Source: Candidatus Omnitrophota bacterium
GTDB lineage: Bacteria > Omnitrophota > Gorgyraeia > Gygaellales > Profunditerraquicolaceae
DNA length: 64,000 nucleotides
Reading direction: 5' to 3'
Assembly (NCBI GenBank): GCA_029571225.1
Contig: JAKPTF010000097.1
Location: 64,417 to 128,416, forward strand
How positions within the stretch are numbered: position 1 is the first letter of the stretch; every line of letters begins with the position of its first letter. This document shows, in pieces, positions 16,499-24,408 of this stretch. The translations under genes and the position numbers were made by a program. The notes beneath the pieces were generated by a model. It was given only the letters and a program-made list of their open reading frames with translations. It made no database searches and was not told where the DNA came from.

Positions 16499-17578
16499 AT
16501 GGAAACTGTGATTCGATATGTTCTGGCGATATTCGGAAGTAGCGGATTTATCTTATTAATAATTTTCTTAAACCCTCAGAAAGCTGAGATTTGGGCATCA
16601 ATTTTCTGGAAACTACTTCGGACATTTTTTAAAAAGGCAGAAAAGAAATATATTCAACATGATATCCAAGGAAGAATTAATGATTACAATAGAATTCTTG
16701 GAAAAGAAGTAAAAAATTACGAGCCAACCGGAATAAAGATTAGCTGGATTGAAGAATCTGAAAGACAGACAAGTTTTTTTAAGGACAATGCTATAATTAT
16801 AAGATTGCGAAAAAGTGAGAATCAAAATAGAAACTTTGTCTTTGCAAGTCTGACTTTCATTTCCCAAGTAGTATTAAAGAAAGCCAAACGTTATATCTCG
16901 CCTTCACAAAAAGAATCTATTGATCTTTATGTGGCAAAAAAGTTATTTGCTAAAGAAAAGCCTGAGGTTATTGATCAGTTTGTAAACGATTTTCTAATTC
17001 CAAAAACTGAAAATAACAAAAAGGTATCTGAATACTTTGATAAGTATAGTTTAATAGACAAAGTTGGTTTGTTTTGGCCTGTTTTCATTCAAGAGCTAAT
17101 ATTCTTAGGTAATAAAGTTTTTGGTAAAAGACGGGAAGATATTATTGTTACCGAAGTTAATGGACTCGTCGAATTTCTTAAGACTTATTCTGAAAGAGAA
17201 TTAGGCGATCAAAAGAATAAACTAACTTTCAATGGGAGGTATTGTCGCTTCGGGATTATGATCGTAGCAAAATCTTCCAAAGTTCGGACTGGAGATCTGA
17301 AGCCTTATTTGAAATACATGCTGAAGTTGCTTAATGTCGGAATTGAGAATATTTATATAATTGGTTCTTCACAACAAAATAACGAAGCTTTTATGAGAAA
17401 TATATGTCTTGCAGCAGAAGCCGAATTAAATGTTCAATGTTTTTATGAGAAAGAATACTCAGCGCATATAATGATTCAAGGGAAAAGAACCAAATGTGAT
17501 AATCTGTTAATTATAGTGAGAAGAAAAGATTTGCAGTATCATTATGATTCTGAAGACCAGGCAAAACTAAGCAAATAA
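16499..17578 (+). CDS. 359-aa protein with an N-terminal TM helix, no family recognised
   Basis: A long ORF with island-like AT-rich codon usage, a TAAATG junction with the upstream gene, and an N-terminal hydrophobic helix (VLAIFGSSGFILLIIFL). I recognised no catalytic motif. Confidence 0.6.
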   Translation: METVIRYVLAIFGSSGFILLIIFLNPQKAEIWASIFWKLLRTFFKKAEKKYIQHDIQGRINDYNRILGKEVKNYEPTGIKISWIEESERQTSFFKDNAIIIRLRKSENQNRNFVFASLTFISQVVLKKAKRYISPSQKESIDLYVAKKLFAKEKPEVIDQFVNDFLIPKTENNKKVSEYFDKYSLIDKVGLFWPVFIQELIFLGNKVFGKRREDIIVTEVNGLVEFLKTYSERELGDQKNKLTFNGRYCRFGIMIVAKSSKVRTGDLKPYLKYMLKLLNVGIENIYIIGSSQQNNEAFMRNICLAAEAELNVQCFYEKEYSAHIMIQGKRTKCDNLLIIVRRKDLQYHYDSEDQAKLSK

Positions 17579-17598
17579 ATCCCTTTTCTTTAGAAAAG

Positions 17599-17922
17599 TT
17601 AAAAATCCCTCCCCTTTTGAAAATGCTCGGGTTTGCGTCCGCCCGCGCCCGGCTGCAAACCCCGCTATTTTGGTCGCCGCCGAAAAAAATGGTCATGCTG
17701 CAATCAGCATGACCATTGAAAATATGGCTCCTCTTGGATCAAATCAACAAACCATTCCAATAATCTTGCCAAATTCCATTCATAGTTGTAAGAAGAAGGA
17801 TTTATAGGCGCCGCGCCTTGGGGCGCTCCCGCATCTCCAGCAAAAATTATAACGGCAGGCGGTTGGGTGGCGGCAACCGCCTGCCGATCGCGTGGAAAGC
17901 GTTCAAACTGCGTGGCAAGCCC
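17599..17922 (-). repeat. inverted, diverged third copy of the att-like module plus GC-rich blocks
   Basis: The reverse complement aligns in blocks with 20918-21455. Shared blocks are TTAAAAATCCC..CCTTTTGAAAATGCTCGGGTTTGCG, the GAGGAGCCAT..TTACA..TATAAATCC segment, GGCGCGGCGCC, ATGCGGGAGCGCCCC, the 12-bp-stem hairpin, and GGGCTTGCCA.GC.GTTTGAACGCTTTCCACGCGA. Confidence 0.8.
17682..17715 (-). terminator. rho-independent terminator for the minus-strand R-M operon
   Basis: On the minus strand this reads ATGGTCATGCTG-ATTG-CAGCATGACCAT followed by TTTTTTT, downstream of the last gene of the operon (which ends at 17940). Confidence 0.6.
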
Positions 17923-17939
17923 TTCACATATTCCAGTAA

Positions 17940-18485
17940 CTATCTTGATAACGCTTTTATCTGTTTTATAGCTTGCTTCCAGTTTTTGACAAATTTTATC
18001 TTTTTGCCAATCCTACTCCAAGGATACTCAAATAATAGCACTGGTATGCCTTGGGCTTCTAAAATCCTAGCGACCTCCAAACTGTCTTCAATAACAATAT
18101 CGCATTTCTTCATAGAAGATATTTTATCCTTCAAGCCATTAGTCAAAATTAATCTATCAAAAGGAATTTTATTTCTTCTAAGCCAAGTGAGCGTATCTTT
18201 GTGAAATTCTTTTTTTCTGCTACTTATTAAATAAATGCGATTCTCTCTAGCCAAAATTTCTAAAGCCATTTTACTGTTTTTAACTAGTGAAAGGTCGCTA
18301 TAGATTTTGTTACTTTCAACCTCTTTCCATAATTTTTCGATATTTTCGTGGCTAATATCTATATTCTTTTCAAAATCGTAACTGACTATATCCTCAACCT
18401 TGCATTTACAATACTTATTGAGATAAGGCAAGAATGAGCTCACAAAATCAGCTATAATTCCATCAATATCTATTCCAATTTTCAT
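17940..18485 (-). CDS. HAD-superfamily 5'(3')-deoxyribonucleotidase-like protein (NT5C family)
   Basis: N-terminal IGIDIDGIIADF (the DxDGxxADF nucleophile motif), a later ISSRKK, DIVIEDS and a PW segment, as in NT5C/YorS-like nucleotidases. Confidence 0.65.
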   Translation of the reverse strand: MKIGIDIDGIIADFVSSFLPYLNKYCKCKVEDIVSYDFEKNIDISHENIEKLWKEVESNKIYSDLSLVKNSKMALEILARENRIYLISSRKKEFHKDTLTWLRRNKIPFDRLILTNGLKDKISSMKKCDIVIEDSLEVARILEAQGIPVLLFEYPWSRIGKKIKFVKNWKQAIKQIKALSR

Positions 18486-18493
18486 GATAGAAG

Positions 18494-19018
18494 TTATTTA
18501 GATACTAGTTTGAAATGGATAATGTAGATTGTTAAAGCGCCAAGAAGTAGTGGGATAAAATAATAAACGCAGAGGATGACTCCGGCGCTAGTGCGGGATA
18601 CAGATTTGATAATGGAAGTAGTTAGACCAAAAAAGCCTAATTTCTTATATGCCTCGTCATTATCGATTTTTTCAGTAAATTTAACCGATCCCAGCAACAA
18701 TTTATAGTAGTAGAAGAAATCAATGAGCCATTGACAGGCAAGAAAGATTATCCCGATGGTCAGTATTACTATACTTATGTGAACCTTGCGTCCTAATAAT
18801 TGAGCATATAAATTTAAATCTTTTAATGAAATAGTTGCCGCGCCAAAAACCGCAAGGATAATTGATATTACAGTCGTACGCATTTTAATAAGCAATTCAT
18901 TAAAATGCATCTGTGAATCTAACGCCATCTTGTATAGCTCAAGGTCGTGTTTTAGTTTGTCGTGGGGAGGATGGTTTTTCTTATCCTTGTTTTCTTCCAT
19001 GCTTGCCTCAAACCGCAA
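18494..19018 (-). CDS. polytopic membrane protein (3-4 TM), unknown function
   Basis: A charged N-terminus followed by hydrophobic segments (VISIILAVFGAATISL, ISIVILTIGIIFLACQWLIDFF, AGVILCVYYFIPLLLGALTIYII). It is packed between the REase and nucleotidase genes with 1-8 nt gaps. Confidence 0.55.
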   Translation of the reverse strand: MRFEASMEENKDKKNHPPHDKLKHDLELYKMALDSQMHFNELLIKMRTTVISIILAVFGAATISLKDLNLYAQLLGRKVHISIVILTIGIIFLACQWLIDFFYYYKLLLGSVKFTEKIDNDEAYKKLGFFGLTTSIIKSVSRTSAGVILCVYYFIPLLLGALTIYIIHFKLVSK

Positions 19019-19019
19019 T

Positions 19020-19931
19020 TTATTTTCCGAGAATTTCTTTTAAAACGCCTGCGCTAGCTAGAGATAAATTTAAAACAAAGTCCATATCATTAAAAGCGTT
19101 AGTAATTTGATGCGCTCCTTTTTTCCAACCCGGTCCTTCTGTTAGCCAGATAAAACCCCATTTTGCTTTTGCTAATTCATTCTTTCTGTTTGTGTAGGAA
19201 TCAACAATTTCTTGGGGTTTCGATCCCTGCCCATCATAGTAATTAACTTCGAGGTTAAAGAATTTCTTATCTGCTATAATAACATAATCAAATTTTCTGT
19301 TCAAAAGACGGTCAGGAACCGCGACTCCGAATTTCTCTTTTATATGCTTAAACGTTTTCTGTTTGACAACTGAAATGCTTTTAATCTTATCTAGAATTGG
19401 ATCTACTAAGGATTCCATTGAAGTGCCACTTCTATTTTTTCTGGCATTAGTGTCTATTCCAGCTTCTAAGCCAAGAAGATAATCACGCAAATTCTTAATT
19501 TTGAATTCAGAAAAAAGCTTTAGGATGCCTGCTTTATCACAGAAAACAACTATGTCTTCGATGTTTTTAGCGGTAAGGTTTGTCTTTTTGCTAAAATCGA
19601 ATTCTTTTACAGTTTCAGCAGGTCTGGCGGGATCGTCAATAACGGCTATCTCTAAGTCCCTAACAGCGATTATTAACGGGATCACGGGCAGAACTTCAGG
19701 ATTCTTCTTGAGAATTTCTGAAAGCTTATTTCGAGGATCGCTTGAGCCAACTAGATAATTCAGGATATTGATTTCGTAATCATATTTCTGAACATTCTTT
19801 TTGACCTTATCCCAGGCGACGAAGTAGGAGTATGTCTTATTAGACGTCATCAAAGTTTCTTGGAATTTCTTAACCAGTTCGTCAATGTTATTAACCTTAT
19901 AAAACTTCTTATATAAAGATAAATTAGCCAT
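19020..19931 (-). CDS. type II restriction endonuclease, DpnII/MboI family (predicted GATC)
   Basis: Collinear matches to my recollection of DpnII (DpnB): PEVLPVIPLIIAVR, G.EAGIDTNARKNRSG..ME, RKFDYVI, LEVNYYDGQGSK, FIWLTEGPGW. Confidence 0.85.
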   Translation of the reverse strand: MANLSLYKKFYKVNNIDELVKKFQETLMTSNKTYSYFVAWDKVKKNVQKYDYEINILNYLVGSSDPRNKLSEILKKNPEVLPVIPLIIAVRDLEIAVIDDPARPAETVKEFDFSKKTNLTAKNIEDIVVFCDKAGILKLFSEFKIKNLRDYLLGLEAGIDTNARKNRSGTSMESLVDPILDKIKSISVVKQKTFKHIKEKFGVAVPDRLLNRKFDYVIIADKKFFNLEVNYYDGQGSKPQEIVDSYTNRKNELAKAKWGFIWLTEGPGWKKGAHQITNAFNDMDFVLNLSLASAGVLKEILGK

Positions 19932-20811
19932 TTTTAGAGTGAATTTCGTCTTTTAGGCGTTTTAAAGACGTTTCAAGATATTCTTTTTCGAGTTCAATCC
20001 CAATAAATTGACGACGTTCTTTAAGCGCAGCTATGCCGGTAGTCCCGCTGCCAGAAAAAGGATCAAGCACAATATCGCCAGGCCTGGTAGATGCTAAGAC
20101 TATTCGGTCAAGTAATTGTAGCGGTTTTTGAGTAGGATGTTTCCCGTATTTTTTTTCATCAGTACCAGGAGCCTTAATAGACCAAAGACTTAGCATCTGT
20201 TTATTATTGTTCATTTCCTTCATTAATTCGTAATTAAAATAATGCTTGCTGTCTTTATTTTTGGCGGCCCAAATCACAGTTTCTGTTGAATGGGTAAAAT
20301 ACCTGCAACTTAAATTGGGCGGGGGGTTAACTTTAAACCAGGCAATGTCATTCAAGATTTTATAATTCAGATCCTGCATTGCATATCCCACAGCAAAGAT
20401 TATATGTGCAGTGCCGGAAACCCAAATTGTGCCGTTCGGAGTCAAAACGCGTTGACATTCGCGTAACCAGCGCAAGGTGAAGAGGTAATTTTCTTCTTTT
20501 CCTTTTGAAACATCCCATTTCCCTTTATTCACAGATACTTGTTTACCTGCATGGCAAGTAAATCCACCATTTGATAAGAAATATGGCGGATCAGCAAAGA
20601 TCATATCAATCGAATTCTCTGGGAGCTTAGGTAAAACATCAAAGCAGTCGTTGTTAAAAAGAATAAGACTGTGTTTTTTGTCTTCAAAGTAAGGTTTGGC
20701 AGGAACATCTTTGACTAATTCAAAAATGTCTCTGTGCGAACTGTGCTTTTCTTTAGTTAAAGTCGGCATGTTAGGATAAGTTTGAACTTTGAGTATAAAA
20801 TCAGGTATCAT
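19924..20811 (-). CDS. beta-class N6-adenine DNA methyltransferase, DpnA (M2.DpnII)-like
   Basis: IDMIFADPPYFLSNGG, NPPPNLSCRYFTHSTET, GKHPTQKP and LDPFSGSGTTG are near-collinear with DpnA. The preferred start is the ATG at 20811, which has GGAGG 7 nt upstream. The gene overlaps the REase start by 8 nt. Confidence 0.9.
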   Translation of the reverse strand: MIPDFILKVQTYPNMPTLTKEKHSSHRDIFELVKDVPAKPYFEDKKHSLILFNNDCFDVLPKLPENSIDMIFADPPYFLSNGGFTCHAGKQVSVNKGKWDVSKGKEENYLFTLRWLRECQRVLTPNGTIWVSGTAHIIFAVGYAMQDLNYKILNDIAWFKVNPPPNLSCRYFTHSTETVIWAAKNKDSKHYFNYELMKEMNNNKQMLSLWSIKAPGTDEKKYGKHPTQKPLQLLDRIVLASTRPGDIVLDPFSGSGTTGIAALKERRQFIGIELEKEYLETSLKRLKDEIHSKNG

Positions 20812-20917
20812 TTTAGCACCTCCAATATTGAGCGTCAATATATCTTCTACTACTCCTACTATAATAGACGCAAGAAAACCAAAAATCTAACATGTTTATT
20901 TTACTATTAGGTCCGCG

Positions 20918-21323
20918 GGGCTTGCCATGCGGTTTGAACGCTTTCCACGCGAGAGGCTCGGATACCGCCGCCCAGAGGAAAAATTGAAAGTTTTCTCTCG
21001 TTGTAAGCTGTCTTAGGCGGTAAGCGGACGAACCCCTCGTTAATTGAGAGTTTTCTTTGGCGTTATTTGTTGCGGTGAGGACGCATGCGGCAGGCGGCTG
21101 CCGCCACCCAGCCGCCTGCCGCAGCCGAGCCGCACACCGCACGAAAGCCGGCACGAAGCGAGCGGCCAAGCGAGCGCCCAGCGAGGCCTGCGCCCACGCA
21201 GGCCGAGCGGTGCTCGGGAAATGCGGGAGCGCCCCCAGGCGCGGCGCCTATAAATCTTTCTTCTTACAGCTATGAATGGTATTGGGCAAGACTATTGGAA
21301 TAGTTCGATGCTCTAATGGAAGA
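20918..21323 (+). repeat. GC-rich non-coding segment homologous (inverted) to 17745-17922
   Basis: Conserved blocks are shared with the 17.6-17.9 kb copy and separated by copy-specific spacers. It contains a 12-13-bp-stem hairpin at 21087-21122 and ends in a tRNA-3'-end-like AAGAGGAGCCA. Confidence 0.75.
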
Positions 21324-21498
21324 GGAGCCATCTTGGAAGGAGCCGTATCCCTAGGGATACGGCTTTTTTCTTTTTCTGCCTCAAGTTTCGCGCGGTTTGC
21401 GGCCGCCCGCGCCCGGCCGCAAACCCGAGCATTTTCAAAAGAGGCGGGATTTTTAAGGCTTTGCTTATCGTCGCCAACCGTTCGGCAAAGCAGATTTA
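21324..21498 (+). repeat. right copy of the 175-bp direct repeat (attR-like)
   Basis: See 14534-14708. It includes an identical copy of the terminator hairpin (21341-21364) and of the GC hairpin (21395-21424). Confidence 0.9.
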
Positions 21499-21812
21499 AC
21501 GAGTCCTTTGTGTCCAATGGCCGTTGGAGATGCACACCACTCAAAGCAGATACCCGAAAGAACGGATAAAGAGGGTCATTTAACGGTAAATTGCGGGATG
21601 AATTGTGGAATCGGGAAATCTTTGACACATTACTTGAAGCAAAAGTACTTGTATATCGCTGGAAGTAAGAATATAATACAGTCAGGCCGCATAGTTTACT
21701 GAATTACCGGCCTCCTGCTTTAGAGTCTATCAAGTAACGATAACCGGGAGAATTTGGATTTATAATCATTGGAAACATTTAAGGTCCCGCCTTTAAATCC
21801 GGAAAAACAATC

Positions 21813-24365
21813 ATGGCAAACGGCAAACAAAATCTTAATTTTGACTATATCAGCTGTCCTCAAGAAGAGCTTTTTAAGCAGTTGCTGACATCGCAAAAGG
21901 GCCTTACCGATGACGAGGTCTCAAATCGCCTTGAGGAATACGGCTACAATGAGCCTGCCCGGAAGAAGAAACGCACAGTAATCTTTCAAATCCTTTCTAA
22001 ATTCCTCAATCCCCTTGTTATCGTTCTTCTGATTATTGCCGGGTTTTCTTTGTTTTTTGGAGAGAAGATCAGCGCCATCTTGGTCATCGCTATGGCCTTT
22101 ATCAGTGTCTTTTTGTCTTTTATTCAAGAGTATCGTGCGGGTAAAGAGGCTGAGAAATTAAGCGAAATGGTGCGCACCACCGCCACTGTTTACCGCAATG
22201 GGAAACCTAAAGAAATCAATATCCGGGAGATCGTTCCCGGGGATATTGTCGATTTGTTTGCGGGAGACATGATTCCGGCTGACTTAAGGATTATCTCCTG
22301 CAAGGATTTGTTTATCAATCAGGCATCGTTAACCGGAGAGTCTTTTCCCATTGAGAAAACATCTGAAGCCATAACTTCGACTAAGCGTTCTCCCGCTGAT
22401 CTTACCAATATCGCCTTCATGGGCTCAAGCGTGGTGAGTGGAACAGGTCTTGGCGTTGTGGTAAAGACCGGGGTTTCCACTCAATTCGGAGAAATTTCCC
22501 GCAAACTTGCCACGATAACGGTCGCCAGCAGTTTTGATAAAGGTATAAACAGGTTTACTTGGCTGATGATCCGCTTCATGGTTGTGTTAGTGCTTGCGAT
22601 ATTCGGCATCAATGCTTTTAACAAGGGCAATGTTATTGAGGCGTTGCTATTCGCTCTTTCGGTTGCTGTTGGCCTCACTCCGGAAATGCTTCCGATGCTG
22701 GTGGCGATTAACCTTTCCAAGGGCGCCATCGCCATGTCCAAGAAGGATGTCATCGTCAAACGCCTCAATGCCATTCAAAATTTCGGGGCAATGGATGTCC
22801 TTTGCACGGATAAGACCGGCACGTTAACGATGGATAAAATCATGCTGGAGAGGCATTGCGATGTGGTGCGCAAGGAAGATGATGACGTCCTGCGCTTTGC
22901 CTATATAAACAGTTACTATCAGACCGGCTTAAAAAATATCTTGGACAGAGCGATCTTGAAGCACGAAAAACTTGTGGTGAAGCAATACAAAAAGGTTGAT
23001 GAGGTGCCGTTTGATTTCTCCCGCAGGCTTATGTCAGTTGTTGTCGAGGATAGTGGCAAGCATAGGTTGATTGTTAAAGGGGCTCCGGAGGAAATATACA
23101 AGCGTTGCACGAAATTTGAGCTTGAAGGAGACATCCTTGATTTGGGCGCAGGGAATTTGATCCTTCCTGAATTAAAGGCAGAATACGATAATCTTAGCGC
23201 CGAAGGTTTCCGAGTGTTAGCTATTGCTTATAAGGATTTTGACCAGATCAAGGATAGATACACAAAAGATGATGAGCAAGACTTAATCCTCAAAGGGTAT
23301 ATCGCTTTTCTTGATCCGCCAAAGCCTACGGCAAAAAAGACCATTGAGACGCTAAAAAGCCTTGGTATAGATTTCAAGGTTTTAACCGGCGACAATGAAC
23401 TGGTGACCAAAAAGATTTGCGGTGAAGTCGGTCTTGATGTTAAGGGCTTCGCTACCGGCGAGCAAGTGGAAAAAGCCAGCGACCAAGAACTACGGGAATT
23501 AGTTAAGAAAACGACTGTGTTTGCCCGCTTGTCACCGCTTCAAAAGGAGCGGGTCATTCACGCATTACATGACAATAATCATATTGTCGGGTATCTCGGC
23601 GACGGCATCAACGACGCCGCAGCTCTTAAAACAGCGGACGTGGGGATCTCGGTGAATAACGCTGTTGATATCGCCAAGGAATCGGCGGATATTATTCTCT
23701 TGAAGAAAAGCCTTTTAGTCTTGGAGGATGGCGTTCTTGAGGGCAGAAGGACTTTCGGCAATATTCTTAAATATATCAAGATGGGCTCAAGCTCGAATTT
23801 CGGCAATATGTTCAGCATGACCGGGGCGAGTATTTTCTTGCCGTTTCTGCCGATGCTTCCTATTCAGATACTCTTGAATAACTTTCTTTATGATATTTCG
23901 CAGATCGCTATTCCTTCGGATGAAGTGGACAAAGAATATCTAATGAAATCCCGGCCGTGGAATGTGGGATACATCAAGAAGTTTATGCTCTTTATTGGGC
24001 CTGTGAGTTCGGTATTTGATTTTATTACCTTTGGGGTGTTGTGGTTTATTTTTCACGCCCAACAGCCGTTGTTCAATACCGGGTGGTTCTTAGAGTCGCT
24101 TTGCACGCAGACGTTAGTTATTCACATTATCCGCACCGGCAAGATCCCTTTTATTGAAAGCAAGCCCAGCCAGTTTTTGATGTTCACGTCTATTTATATC
24201 GTCACAATCGGTCTTGTTCTGCCGTTTTTACCGTTGGGAAAATATTTCGGTTTCGTGCAACCGCCGCCGATGTATTTCCTTGCCTTGATTATTATTGTTA
24301 CCGTGTATCTATTTACAGTTCAATTTGTGAAAAGCTGGTTTATTAAAAAATATGGATACGAATAA
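21813..24365 (+). CDS. mgtA: magnesium-translocating P-type ATPase
   Basis: CTDKTGTLT phosphorylation motif, TGDN, GDGINDAAALK, and the MgtA-typical LNNFLYDISQIAIPSDEVDKEYL. 850 aa. Confidence 0.9.
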   Translation: MANGKQNLNFDYISCPQEELFKQLLTSQKGLTDDEVSNRLEEYGYNEPARKKKRTVIFQILSKFLNPLVIVLLIIAGFSLFFGEKISAILVIAMAFISVFLSFIQEYRAGKEAEKLSEMVRTTATVYRNGKPKEINIREIVPGDIVDLFAGDMIPADLRIISCKDLFINQASLTGESFPIEKTSEAITSTKRSPADLTNIAFMGSSVVSGTGLGVVVKTGVSTQFGEISRKLATITVASSFDKGINRFTWLMIRFMVVLVLAIFGINAFNKGNVIEALLFALSVAVGLTPEMLPMLVAINLSKGAIAMSKKDVIVKRLNAIQNFGAMDVLCTDKTGTLTMDKIMLERHCDVVRKEDDDVLRFAYINSYYQTGLKNILDRAILKHEKLVVKQYKKVDEVPFDFSRRLMSVVVEDSGKHRLIVKGAPEEIYKRCTKFELEGDILDLGAGNLILPELKAEYDNLSAEGFRVLAIAYKDFDQIKDRYTKDDEQDLILKGYIAFLDPPKPTAKKTIETLKSLGIDFKVLTGDNELVTKKICGEVGLDVKGFATGEQVEKASDQELRELVKKTTVFARLSPLQKERVIHALHDNNHIVGYLGDGINDAAALKTADVGISVNNAVDIAKESADIILLKKSLLVLEDGVLEGRRTFGNILKYIKMGSSSNFGNMFSMTGASIFLPFLPMLPIQILLNNFLYDISQIAIPSDEVDKEYLMKSRPWNVGYIKKFMLFIGPVSSVFDFITFGVLWFIFHAQQPLFNTGWFLESLCTQTLVIHIIRTGKIPFIESKPSQFLMFTSIYIVTIGLVLPFLPLGKYFGFVQPPPMYFLALIIIVTVYLFTVQFVKSWFIKKYGYE

Positions 24366-24408
24366 AATATAATTGTGGTAGAATAAATAATCTAAGAAAG
24401 GAGGCGCA

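Larger units (their letters stand above)
14534..21498. mobile_element. integrated AT-rich genomic island at tRNA-Asn with a serine recombinase (~7.0 kb)
   Basis: Direct repeats at both ends, adjacent tRNA, recombinase gene abutting attL, and sampled lines at about 30-35% GC against about 50-58% in the flanks. Cargo is an R-M system and unknown cassettes. Confidence 0.8.

Noticed and set aside
17724-17808. Possible purifying selection on the KKKDL tail. Comparing the 17.7-kb and 21.3-kb copies, 4 of 11 changed codons are synonymous.
   Set aside because: There are too few sites to distinguish this from chance. The two direct-repeat copies show only non-synonymous differences, so I make no claim of coding constraint.
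20813-21303. Track ORFs in the GC-rich spacer (20813-21169 minus strand; 21044-21253, 21057-21275 and 21085-21303 plus strand), and 17818-18204.
   Set aside because: They overlap in several frames, are Ala/Arg/Pro-rich as expected from random GC-rich sequence, have no start context, and coincide with the repeat and hairpin blocks.
21259-21330. Possible pseudo-tRNA left of attR: a 72-nt stretch ending AAGAGGA-G-CCA whose 5' end TCTTCTT can pair as an acceptor stem. A second version lies at 17735-17806 on the other strand.
   Set aside because: I could not form D, anticodon or T arms by hand, and the GTTCGAT segment has no paired stem. At most it is a decayed tRNA 3'-half carried by the element.
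21629-21812. Mg2+ riboswitch (M-box) or leader peptide upstream of mgtA.
   Set aside because: I could not recognise M-box conserved segments or a convincing terminator/antiterminator by eye. This needs an Rfam scan.
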